Shown here piece after piece: positions 38,380 through 48,987 of a stretch of 64,000 bases of DNA (position 1 is the stretch's first letter; each line of letters opens with the position of its first letter). The stretch is taken from contig MU063499.1 in the NCBI GenBank assembly GCA_013265495.1, forward strand, positions 1,674,001 through 1,738,000, given 5' to 3'. The translations under genes and the position numbers were made by a program. Under the pieces are notes generated by a model. It did no database searches. It was not told the origin of the DNA and saw only the letters and a program-made list of their open reading frames with translations. The stretch is from Vicugna vicugna. Its lineage: Eukaryota.

Positions 38380-39250
38380 AAGTCTCCCGACGAATCAGAC
38401 TTCAAACCATGGTCTACTACTTCCAGTTTCGATCTCCCTGCTCCAAACCTAAACGGGAGCTGAAGGGTCAAGAGCGACCCTGATGTCCAGTCACCAACCA
38501 CCTGGACCTCAAGTCCTGGACGCTGGGTCCCTCCCCCCAAATTGGTACCCACCCCCCACCGTGGGACCCGCCCCAGTGCGGCCCTCTCGACATACAGACT
38601 ACGTTAGGCCACGCCGCTGGGTCTCGCGGCTGTTGATACGCCTGGATTTGAGCTGGCTACACACCTCCCCATCCGGGTACCCAGAACGCCGTCTCGGAGA
38701 AGCCACCGCAGGCTGGAGCCCTATCCATGCTGTGACTTTCAGGAAGACTGTCCGTTCAGAGCCCTCGGGGAGCAACCCTAGACACAACACACACTTTCCC
38801 ACCCGTGGGCCTGCAGGCATAGTGGGCGTGGCGTTCATGTCCTCCCTCACCCGCCCGTTGGGGCTTCCGAGGTGGAACGCAGCGGCTCTAGGAACCCTGG
38901 AGCTGGGTGACGGGATCTGCCCGAGCCCTTGCTCAGCTGCGCCGATCCCGGAAGCGGGGCGTCGGAAGGAGCTCATCGCGGCCCACGCACGTCCGGGAAA
39001 CGAGCCCGCGGCAATCTCTTTAGTCGAGTGAGGTAACGCTTCAGGCAAGTATGAGGAACACACTCGAGACCCCCCCTTTCCCCGTGTGCAATTGGAAAAA
39101 TAGGCCTGGGGAGAGGCGACCTCGCCTGTGTCAACGATACTGTGCGACACTGAGGGAAACTGCACCCCTGACTTCGGGCCTCTCGAGGCAGCACTCTGGT
39201 GGACAGAGCCGTCTCTGGAGTGCGAAGGACTTGGGTCTTGCCTGGGACAG
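38380..39250 (+). promoter_or_regulatory. CpG-island promoter of HEMK1 with GC box and tandem ETS/GABP motifs
   Basis: Dense CpGs, GGGCGTGGC GC box near 38825, CCGGAAG at 38948-38954 and CGGAAG at 38963-38968. Confidence 0.8.
38930..39032 (+). other. HEMK1: HEMK1 probable non-coding exon 1 (5' end approximate)
   Basis: Donor GAG/GTAACG at 39032/39033 at the 3' part of the CpG island. The next acceptor (ctccctattccag) opens exon 2 at 40048. Confidence 0.65.
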
Positions 39251-40205
39251 TTCCTAGTTGGTGACCTTGGGCAAGTTACTTTCCTCTCGGAGTCTCCTTT
39301 TCTTCTCTGCTTGTCCCTGAAGATGTGGCACCACCTAGCAGGTGTTCAGTAAAGGCTAGTTTGAACCAAGCTTGGTCTCTGTGAAAGGAAAGGAGACCAC
39401 TGATTTAAAATCTTCAGTTAAATTTGTGATAAATATAAAATTAACAAAAATTGTCAGTTTTTAGGTGGCATTTTTGGCTAATGTTTAGAATTACGGGTTA
39501 AATGGTGGGGGAGGGGATTTCCAGCATATAAATCAATGACAGTACGTGCAAAATGTCCGAAGCAAAGCTCCCAAGCAAAGGCAGTCTCCTCCCCTTGGTA
39601 GTATTGTTAAGAGCGTGCAACATTGAGTCCCTCTGTGTTGAGCTGGCTTCTAGGTCCTTGACATTCATTGACTGATGCACTGCTTGCCATGGAGCTGATG
39701 TTATTTTCCCCATTTCAAGGATGAGGAAACTGAAACTCAGAAATAATGACTTTCCCAAAGTCACACCTGCTGGGTTAAGTAGATCTGTCTAACCCCCAAG
39801 CCTGGGCCCTGATCCACACTGGCCCATTTATTAATAGGGACTGAGCTATGGGTTCAGATCACTTCAGCCAAAGATGTGAAGAAAACATCACTGGCCAAGA
39901 TGAGAAGAATGAAATAGATGGGTGAGGGGCTAAAATGGAGTCAAGGAGGTAACAGAGCAAGAGCATGCCCTTTCTCAGGCAACAGGTCAGAGAAGGGTGA
40001 GTCATACAAGGCTCAGCTACTCTCCCGGTTCTCCTTCCCTATTCCAGGGTGACAGCCACATCTGAGGACCAGAGCCATGTTGAGGAGCCAGAGCCTGTGA
40101 CTTCTCCATCTACACCCAGCTGGGGCCAGTCACCATCCTCAGCAGCTGACATCACAAGAAGGACTTGGGGACCTTGAGGAGTGCTCAAGGGATCCTTGGG
40201 ACAGA

Positions 40206-40415
40206 ATGCTGAGGGCCCTCCTGTCTGGCCTAGGGTGGAGGGGAGGCATTTGGGGCTGCACCTTCACCTCATGGCGGCCTCATCTGCCTCTGGCTAGGTT
40301 GTTGAATGTCACAGAGCTGGTCAACCACTGGACAGCAGTCTTTGAGAAAAGGGGTATCCCTGAGGCCCGGGAATCCAGTGAGTACATCGTGGCTCATGTC
40401 CTTGGAGCCAAAACA
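40206..40415 (+). CDS. HEMK1: HEMK1 (mitochondrial release-factor N5-glutamine methyltransferase, PrmC family), coding exon 1
   Basis: [70 protein letters not shown]. 210 nt, donor ACA/GTTAAG. The N-terminus resembles a mitochondrial presequence. Confidence 0.93.
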
Positions 40416-40703
40416 GTTAAGTGCAGTGTTGTCAAGAGGACAGGAAGTAGGAGGAGGGAGGACCCTGGGGAAGAGACATCTAGGCTTTTTCACTCCAATG
40501 ACAGTGCTGAGCTGAGGATGATGGGGTTTTTCTGAAGGAGTGTCTTGGGCAGATACTTATTCATTCATCCAAGAAACTTACAGTGTGTGCCAGGCACTAG
40601 GGGTTCAGGGATGACCAAGGTGGCTAGTGTTGGACCCACTGGCATTGTCCACAAAAGAAACCTGGATCAGGGGAGCCAGCCACTCACATTCTCTGTGGGG
40701 CAG

Positions 40704-40795
40704 TTTCAGAGCCTGAGGCCAGAACTTTGGACCCAGCCCCTGACACCTTGGCAGCTACAGTATATCCAGGAGCTGAGTAGCTACCGATTGCAAAG
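40704..40795 (+). CDS. HEMK1: HEMK1 coding exon 2 (FQSLRPELWTQPLTPWQLQYIQELSSYRLQ-R)
   Basis: cag acceptor, AG/GTGAGC donor, 92 nt, homologous to HEMK1. Confidence 0.96.
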
Positions 40796-41109
40796 GTGAG
40801 CACCCATGAGCCAAACTTGAGGGCTCTGTGTAGGGAGCAGGGTCCAGCTCCCTTCGGCCCCACCAAGTCCATGGTCAGGGAGGAAGAAAGAGTCCAAGGA
40901 CTAAGGAGGTGATGGGATGAGGGAGTGACAAGAGAGGGGTCATGGTAGTAAATAGGAAGAAGGGAGGGAGGGAAGGCCTTGGCTAGGAGTTCTTGGGCAC
41001 AGGAGACATGACTCTACCCAATACCTTTGGCCACAGTATCCCTCAACCCAGACATAGTCCTGTTGGTCCAGGCTCTGGCATTGATGATACCCTTCTGCCC
41101 CCTCTGCAG

Positions 41110-41203
41110 GATGCCTGTGCAGTACATCCTTGGTGAGTGGGACTTTCAGGGGCTCAGTCTGAAGATGGTGCCCCCAGTATTCATCCCTCGGCCGGAAACA
41201 GAG
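41110..41203 (+). CDS. HEMK1: HEMK1 coding exon 3 ([31 protein letters not shown])
   Basis: Contains the PrmC signatures P.QYILG and IPRPETE. Acceptor ccctctgcag, donor GAG/GTTAGT, 94 nt. Confidence 0.97.
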
Positions 41204-41274
41204 GTTAGTGTGCCTCCAGGACAGGGCAGGATGGGAATGAAGGGGGTTTAAGGCACCTGTCTTGTCCCAGACTT

Positions 41275-41288
41275 CCTCCAGGGGGCGC
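41275..41288 (+). promoter_or_regulatory. CTCF motif (forward) in a HEMK1 intron
   Basis: CCTCCAGGGGGCGC, a typical high-scoring core ~70 nt downstream of the IPRPETE exon. Confidence 0.65.
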
Positions 41289-44200
41289 TGGGGCCCCATG
41301 GCTGCTATCTTTTAGAGGCAGTGCCCTTCCTGGCTGGCTGGGTAGGTGGGGCCAAGAGGAAAGACGTCTCCTGCTGGCCTCCTTGACTGTCCTCATATCT
41401 CAAGCTACTGTCCCAGTCCCTAGGCTGGCAGTGGCTCAGGGTGCCCCAGTTAGTGCTGCCCACCAAGTGCTCAGCCTGTTCTTGTCATTTCCCCAGGAGC
41501 TGTCCAGTGGGCCCCTGGCCTACCCAGCCCCGGGAAATAAGTGCCCACCTCTTCCTCAGGAGGCATGGACAAAGTGAAGAGGGCTCCAGCTGGACATCTG
41601 GAAAGCTGATACAGCTTTGTGACCTCGAGTAGTCACTGCCCCCTCTGGGCCCAGATGATGAGAGGGTTGGGCCTCCAAACCAGGGAATTGTTGGGATCTT
41701 TTTACCTTTTACACCCACTATCTAGTCAAGTAATCTCCTGTGTCTCTCAAATTACTAGGATTGGAAAGTGTGTGGTCCCAGCATGCTATCTCTAGGTGAG
41801 GCACCCTGATCCTGGGAGAGATGCTTTCTGTGGCCCTTTCTGGGCTTCTTCCTGACCTTGGAGGTGGCAGAGCTGGGAGCCAGTGAGAGCAGAGCAGGTA
41901 GAGGGATATGTGGGTGGGGCTGGTGGGCAAGCCAGAGGGCACCAGTTTCTGAGAAGGGATGTTTCTAGAAAGGCACACACATTCCTGGGAAAGATCAGGC
42001 CTCATCCACCTGCCCCAGCCAGGGACCCAGAGCCCCTCCTCACTTTCCGAGCCTCTCTTCCTCAGCCAAGAAACCCTCTGACCCCACCTGCTCCTGTACA
42101 TCATGTGTTTGGGAGGCCAAGTCCTCACTGTACTGCCAGTGTCAGGGCAGAGACGGTAGGGAGTCTGAGACCTTGCTGAAGTCACAGGGCTGCCAAGGCA
42201 GGGAGCATGGGGGCAGCACTTGGACATCCTGACTTCTGGATCAGGGCCCCATACCTCACATGGGGCTGCCCCATCTCAGATTGGATGAGCTGGGATGAGT
42301 GCAGAGACCCAGAGCAGGATATGGCCTGCAACCTGCAGGTTTTTGGGAGGTCAGCCCGTGGCTCCCCCAAGCATATGACCTCTGGCCAGGAGGTCACTCA
42401 GTCTCTCCTGAGGCTGCCAAGAGTCAGGGCATGGGAGGGAAGCTACCCTGATGACCTTTGTGTCCCCTCAGAGCTGACCTGGCACCAACCATGTGTTTCA
42501 GGGTACTGAATGTTGGGTGTGGACTTCCGGCTCCCATGTGGGGGCCCCGCTTTCCTGGGTGGGTCTGGGCCAGGAGAACAGCTCTGCTGCAGGGGGTTGA
42601 GGGGAGGAGGGAGGCTGCGGTTGGAGGCTAGATCCTTGCCTCACTGTACAGACATTTCTCAGAACTTGCCAGATTTGCCCCAGTGTGAAGCCGCATTGGG
42701 GGGGTGCTTTACCAGGAACTTGAGAGGACGTGGCCTGTGGCAGGGAGTGGGGAGAATGAGTGCAGGGGAAGGACCAAGTTGCCTGCATTCTCTCCATCCA
42801 TTGTAGGGTGGTTTCTGATGATGAGTGCAAAATTCTAAAATGCAAAGTTGTAGGTGGCATGTGGCCTGACGAGTTGGATTTTCCCTGAGGGTGGGAAGGT
42901 GCCTCAGTCCCTGGCTTGGCAGTGTGAGCCATTGTCACCCAGCTTGGTGAGGTGAGGCTCTGTGCCCTATCTGTGATTAGCTTGAGAGAGGCAATGCCAG
43001 TTTCCTGGGGCTGCCCGTCAGGAGTGTGATCCTAATGAAGGCGCTCATGGCACTCATGTCCTGCTGAGGCCTTGGGCTGACTTCTTGAGGGCTGTGGAGT
43101 CCTGTTGAGGCAGTGGCTCCAGGCAGAGCCAACAGCGGCCTGCTCTCTGCCTTCTTCCCACCTGCCCCTCTGCCCCCACCCCACTGTGCTCTTCTCTTGT
43201 TCACCTGGATGTGGTGCCTTGGGCCTGTGACCAGCCTGGCTTTCAGCCTCCCCAAGGAACCTACCTACTTTAGGCTGAGGAGGTTCTTTACTAGGCAAGC
43301 AAGAGAGTTTCTGAACTTGCTGGGAGTGATCTCCACCCCTACCCACCCCCAGGTGATCCCATAGCCAAGATGATCCCCTCATGGTCTGGAATGTCAGAGA
43401 GAGACAAGAGGGCACTGATGACAGTGGGAGCCCAGTCTCAGCTTCACACCCTACCCAGGTAGTCATTCACATATATGATGTGTGCCTCTCAGATCGAGGT
43501 GTCTCTGTGAGGTGGCTGGCCAGTGTGGTTGGCTGAGGGGTCATTCTCCAGCCAGGGTAGATCTGTCTGTGGCCAGGAAACCAAGGGAAGCTCATGCTCC
43601 TGACAAGTCTCAGCTGTCCATTTGGCCACTCAGTATGTGACCTCACCACTGAGACCACAGACACTCGGCCACAGCCCTCGACTGCTCACTCTGTGCCGGT
43701 CCCAGTGCTGTGGGCCCAGCTCGCTGCTGGCATCCTAAGTCTCCATAGTGCCTGGTATAGGGCCAGTGGGAGTGAGTGATGGAAAGCCCTCTCTGACTGG
43801 AGACAGACTGTTTGGTGCAGAAGGGGCTTGGAATAGGAAGGGTTAGACCCACTGATCAAGTTCTACCTGCCTTGGACTTGCTACCTTTGGGGACAGGTGA
43901 GCTTTACTCCTGGTTGGCGTGCCTGGAAGGATGAAATACTTCTGGGGACTTAGCACTGAGGAGCTTATGTGGAAAATGGGTTTGAGTGATCTAGAGCCCT
44001 CTGCTCTGTTGGGCCCTAACTGTTGACATTGAGAGCTTGAGGGGACCTGGAGGTCTGAGACTCAGAGGGTAGCTTCCCGTGGCCACTGAACTGAGTGAGA
44101 GTTGGCCCAGCACTTGAGAAGTAGCCAAACCTAGAGGCCCCTCTGTGGGCCAAGCCCTGCTCATGTGGGACACACCGTGATGGGTTAGGTCCCTAGTCTT

Positions 44201-45374
44201 CCCATCATGGAGCCTTCAGTCTGGCGGGAGAGGCAGACCCCATCCTAGATGTTAGGCACATAGTGAAGAAAGACCCTGGTGGGGGTTGAGGAAGCCTTTC
44301 TGAAGAATGTAGACCTATTTCAGATGAGGGAAACGCTTACTTGCTGACCCCTCCCATCATTCCCTGAGTCAGCCCTGCCTGGAATCCCAGGAGTCCCCAG
44401 CCTCCCCAGAACCTCTCCTGCTCTATCCAAAGGGGCACCTTTGAGAAGGGACCACACTGCCCTTTCCCTGCTCCATGCCTGGCTACTTGGGCCCCTACTG
44501 TATTGCTGTTTAGAAACATTTTGGCCATTGGGCAGCATCTCTCCACCCTCACCTCCACCCTATAATGGCTTCCATGCACAGTCTGCAGGTGGCAGATGGA
44601 TAGGTGAGACTTGAAACTCTGTTGTTTGTAAACAGCGTCTGAAAGTATCCCTCTGCCACCAAGGCAGGTACGGTGCAGTTAGGCACCTCCCTCCATGTGC
44701 GCCCACTTACCCGCTGCCCTATGTATACCATAGCCCACTTCAGATATAGGACTCAGGTGGGACTGTGTCATTCCCCATCCCTCCATGGAGGGAATTCTCC
44801 ATCCTTTCAGCCTAGGAGCTTCTCTGGGGAGGCTATGAGGAAGCTAGGGACACAATGACCCCTGATTCTTGGCCACCATGAGCTGCAGGCCAGGCTCCAG
44901 GCGGGGCCTTAACCTCTGGGCCTTACTTTCCTTATGGACTGGTTGTGAGGATCTAACAGATTAGTATAGGGGAAGCTCTGGAAGCAGGGCCAGGAGAGGA
45001 GGTGGCCAGGGACCATCTTAGCACTGCTTTGAGCACAAAACGAGAAGATATCTCTGAAGGGATTAGCGAGGGCTTACTGACCACTTACCATGTATCAAGC
45101 CTGAAATCAATGCTTCATGAATGTGGTTCTGTTTAAACTACCCCCATCCCCTGTGAGGTGGGTTATCCACAACTGTGCTCAAGTTTACAGATGGGGAAGT
45201 GGAGGCACGGAGAGACAGTGACCCACCTATGGCCTCAGCTGACATGAAGTTCAGTCTGGCTTTAGCCACCTCCCTTCTATATTCACAAAGGGGCTAACCA
45301 TGCTTCGGCTCTGTGCCAAGACCTGCAGGGGCTAGGTCAGCACCAGCTCTGATCCAGATCTCTCTACCTTGTAG

Positions 45375-45509
45375 GAACTGGTTGAATGGGTGCTGGAAGA
45401 GGTGACCCAAAGATCCCGTGTGGTGAGAGCCCAAGGTGGCCCCCTCATCCTGGAGGTGGGCTGTGGATCAGGAGCCATCTCCCTCAGCCTGCTGAGCAAG
45501 CTCCCCCAG
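45375..45509 (+). CDS. HEMK1: HEMK1 coding exon 4 ([45 protein letters not shown])
   Basis: SAM-binding motif I LEVGCGSG. 135 nt, donor CAG/GTGAGC. Confidence 0.97.
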
Positions 45510-45830
45510 GTGAGCCCCCTGTGCATCCCTCCCCCACCCTGGGTAGACTGTGACTGGCACTTACTGTCCTTCCTGCTGATGTCTCCCCAACCCATCTCTG
45601 CTAGAAGCCCTTGAGGGGGAATGACTGGAAGTAGGAGGAAGACAGAGCTCTTAGAGGTCACAGATTCCAGCTCCCATCCCCTTCTATCTGGCCTAACCCT
45701 GGCCACAGAGAGGAAAAAGCTATTGATAATTTCCTTCCTCTTCTAGTAGGGAATTGGAGGAGGGCTCTGGTCCCAAGGCCTGGCTTCTCCAAGCACCCTG
45801 CCTCCCATGTACCCTTTGTTCTTGGGGCAG

Positions 45831-45895
45831 AGCCAAGTCATTGCTGTGGACAAGGGAGAAGCTGCCATCTGCCTGGCCAATGAGAATGCTCACAG
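45831..45895 (+). CDS. HEMK1: HEMK1 coding exon 5 ([22 protein letters not shown])
   Basis: cag acceptor, AG/GTAGGT donor, 65 nt, post-I motif AVD. Confidence 0.95.
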
Positions 45896-46156
45896 GTAGG
45901 TGGTCTTGGAGATAGAGGGTCAGGCTGGGGGAAGTCAGACTTAGGGGCCTGATCTGAACCCCTATGCAAGTATCAAACCCAGCACTGTCCACACCCAAGA
46001 AGGAGGAGGCAATTGGGGTGGCCTGGCATGGGTCCCACAGGGTTACAAATGAACAGTGGGAACCAGGTATATTGCTGATCCACGAAGGGTTTATTCTTCT
46101 AGTCAAGAGTAGGAGTCGACCCCACCATACTCACTTTTACTTTCCTATCTCTCCAG

Positions 46157-46206
46157 GCTTCAGTTGCAGGACAGGATTCGGATCATCCCCCTCGATGTGA
46201 CCTTAG
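46157..46206 (+). CDS. HEMK1: HEMK1 coding exon 6 (LQLQDRIRIIPLDVTL)
   Basis: tttcctatctctccag acceptor, G/GTACCT donor, 50 nt. Confidence 0.93.
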
Positions 46207-46319
46207 GTACCTTCCTCACCCATCTTCCCTGGGTGGGGATCCTGGGTACAGGTGCTGCTGGATGGATGAGGCACTCTGCAGTGGTAGAGGGAGGGCTTCC
46301 CCAGCCTTCCTCGCTCTCT

Positions 46320-46336
46320 CACACGCATGCGCACGT

Positions 46337-46381
<45 letters not shown>
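46320..46381. repeat. (CA)n microsatellite with an alternating RY lead-in, in a HEMK1 intron
   Basis: cacacgcatgcgcacgtgcac(ac)n gtg, about 20 CA units. Confidence 0.95.
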
Positions 46382-47159
46382 GGGTATCTCAGACTAGTCC
46401 TTGCTGAGGACAGGCAAGTCCCTATTGCCTCCTAGGCTGACCTGACCCATGAAGAGATCAGCCTCAGTGTCTTCCTTACCTTCCATATCCCCGTACCTAG
46501 GGCTTGTTGTCAAGAGATAAGCAGAAGCTCAAGAGAAAGCCTTTGGGACCAGGATACTTGAGTGTCCCCCTGCCCCTGTCAGGCCCCAGCACAACACAAC
46601 TTGGGCTCTGCCTTTACAGAGTGTCCTTGGGGGCCCTGGCACCAGTTCTGGTCCCATCACTTGTCCACAGGATCCTTGAGTTCGTGTGCCCCCTCCATGG
46701 AGTGTACAGCTGGTATAGCACTTGGCTCAGGATGGGACCGGTAGACAAAGTCACCAGGAATCAATTGAGGCCAGGCCTGCCCTCCATACACTTAGTCCGT
46801 GTTGGCTATGAGGTGGAGTGGCAAGGCCACTGGGGCTGCAGAGGACAGAGGCTCTTGCTTTGCGCAGGCAATCAGAGATGGCTGCCGCAAGGTGGCACTT
46901 GAGTTGAGTCTTGCTTATTGAGGAGATTTTTAACAGGAAGAAGAGAGGGCAGGGACGCTCCAGGGGGAGAACCGCCATGTCACAGCATACACATTCCCAG
47001 CCAGGCTGCTGACTGGGGACCCTGGGCAGTAATCTGTAAGTCTAGTTTATCGGGTTCAGCGATAGGCTTGGAAAGAGGGATTACCCAAGGGACATGGTGG
47101 TGCCTGGAGCTACCACCCTTTACCTCCCATTCTCTGCTGTTTGTTCCCCTTGACCACAG

Positions 47160-47268
47160 AGGACAGCTGGGCACATCTTCTACCCTGGGGCCCCGTGGAC
47201 CTGATCGTCAGCAACCCTCCCTATGTCTTCCACCGGGACATGGAGCAGCTGGCCCCTGAGATCCTCAG
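47160..47268 (+). CDS. HEMK1: HEMK1 coding exon 7 ([37 protein letters not shown])
   Basis: Catalytic NPPY motif intact. 109 nt, donor AG/GTGTGT. Confidence 0.96.
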
Positions 47269-48055
47269 GTGTGTGGTAGACCAGGGAGGCCAGGCCTGAG
47301 AAGGTCTAGTGGGATGGATCTGTCCTGGAGGACCACACCAGGGGGATAGGGAGATTAGGGGGCTGAAAGGGGCAATGGTGTTGAAAGAGAGGCTCACTCT
47401 GGAACCCACGGACCTATTTGGGTTCAGCTTCTACCTTCCCACTTAAGACCACTGAACCCCTCGCACCTCAGTTTCCTGCCTCTGAAAAGGGAGTGGTAGA
47501 GCTTTGCAGGGCCATGGAGAGGACTCAGTGATGACTAAAATATCAGACGTGGTGTACAGTACTTAGAAGGTGCTCGGATGGGTGCATCATTTTCCAGAAG
47601 ACTGAGGCCAAGAGGGTCTTGTTCAAACTCGTGTGGGGGCTTAGCAGGAAAGCTGGGACTAAGACTCTACTCCAGGCTTTGCACTGAGCCATCCTGCTCT
47701 CAGAGGCTGAGAATCAGGGGCTGGCTTCCCCTTTGCTGGCTCTCAGGAGTAGTCAGGGCCAGCTCTAGGCCTCCCCAGGCCAAGAATAGGAACATCTTTG
47801 TTGTGGGGAGGCCCTCATGCCCTGGACGTTGTCATTCTTTACGGATCACTGAGCACTCCCAGCACTGCCTGGTGGGAGGCTGCCTATAAGAGGTAGGGGA
47901 ATTGGAGCTGCCATCATTTGGGGGCTCCCCCTCTGGGTCCTCAGACTCTCCTTTCAGCCTAGAGCGTGAGTTCCATAGAGCCCTCTTTGTGGAAGCCCTG
48001 CTCAGCTTCTCCACAGCCATCCCAGGCCCTCACCTCCCACCGTTTTCCCCTTCAG

Positions 48056-48151
48056 CTATGAAGACCCAGTAGCCCTGGATGGTGGCGAGGAGGGCATGGA
48101 CATCATTTCCCACATCCTGGCCCTGGCACCTCGACTCCTGAAGGACTCTGG
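48056..48151 (+). CDS. HEMK1: HEMK1 coding exon 8 ([32 protein letters not shown])
   Basis: PrmC ALDGG motif. ttttccccttcag acceptor, GG/GTATGG donor, 96 nt. Confidence 0.96.
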
Positions 48152-48317
48152 GTATGGATGGGGTGTCTCCTGGGTCTAACCTCAGCAGCCTCTCCCTCCC
48201 AGTATGTACTGGGCCTGCCCTGGCCATCATTCTACCTCTACTCCTCCCAGCTCAGGCAACCCAGAAGTGCAGGTCCAGCACTGCCCAGTTGAGCTGACCC
48301 ATTTCTCCCCCATATAG

Positions 48318-48431
48318 AAGCATCTTCTTAGAAGTGGACCCAAGACACCCAGAGCTCGTTGGCAGCTGGCTTCAGAGCCGGCCAGACCTGTTCCTCGATC
48401 TCGTGACTGTGCGCCGGGATTTCTGTGGGAG
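48318..48431 (+). CDS. HEMK1: HEMK1 coding exon 9 ([38 protein letters not shown])
   Basis: catatag acceptor, AG/GTGAGG donor, 114 nt. Confidence 0.96.
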
Positions 48432-48585
48432 GTGAGGCTCTACCCCACCCCCAGCTCCCACAGCCACACTGGTCCTTCTGCTCTGACTATTCCAGCTCTG
48501 GCTGTGGGGCAAGTGTGCGGTTCCCACACCCAGCTCATTCCCCAGGGCCCAGACAGTGACTGCCCCCTTGTCTCTGTCTCCTTAG

Positions 48586-48679
48586 GCCCCGGTTCCTGCA
48601 TATCCAGAGGTCTAGGCCACAGCGTGGTTGCCCTGCAGATGCCTGGCCAGTGCCCCAGCCTCCCAGAGTGGCTGGCTGA
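48586..48679 (+). CDS. HEMK1: HEMK1 last coding exon (PRFLHIQRSRPQRGCPADAWPVPQPPRVAG*)
   Basis: tctctgtctccttag acceptor. The first in-frame stop is TGA at 48677-48679. Total CDS 1059 nt = 352 aa plus stop. Confidence 0.9.
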
Positions 48680-48981
48680 CACTTCTACCTGGAATGCTAC
48701 TTTAAGGGAGGTGGGTGGTGCCTTCCAGAACCTCAGATGCTTGCAGCACTTCCTGTGGCTCTGTGATTCCCCATGTTCTACATTTCTAGGAGATTTGAGG
48801 GTAGAAGCAAGGGCAGGGATGTCCTTCCTGGGGCAGCCAAAAGCAAGGGTACCCACAGTCCAGCTTAGGAGCTGAGCAGACCCAGGTTCCCAATCTGGTT
48901 CTATCACATCAGTGTGGCAAAGGCAGGTTGCTCAGTGTCTCTGTGGGTGGAGTTGCTCTGGGGATGTTGAGAGATACAGCC

Positions 48982-48987
48982 AATAAA
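48982..48987 (+). terminator. HEMK1: HEMK1 proximal polyadenylation signal AATAAA
   Basis: AATAAA ~300 nt after the stop, followed by a GT/T-rich element (tttgttattgtggtttgtggg, ~49020-49040). Confidence 0.75.

Noticed and set aside
37209-39165. Several 140-217 aa ORFs over the promoters
   Set aside because: Stop-codon depletion in CpG islands; no recognisable protein.
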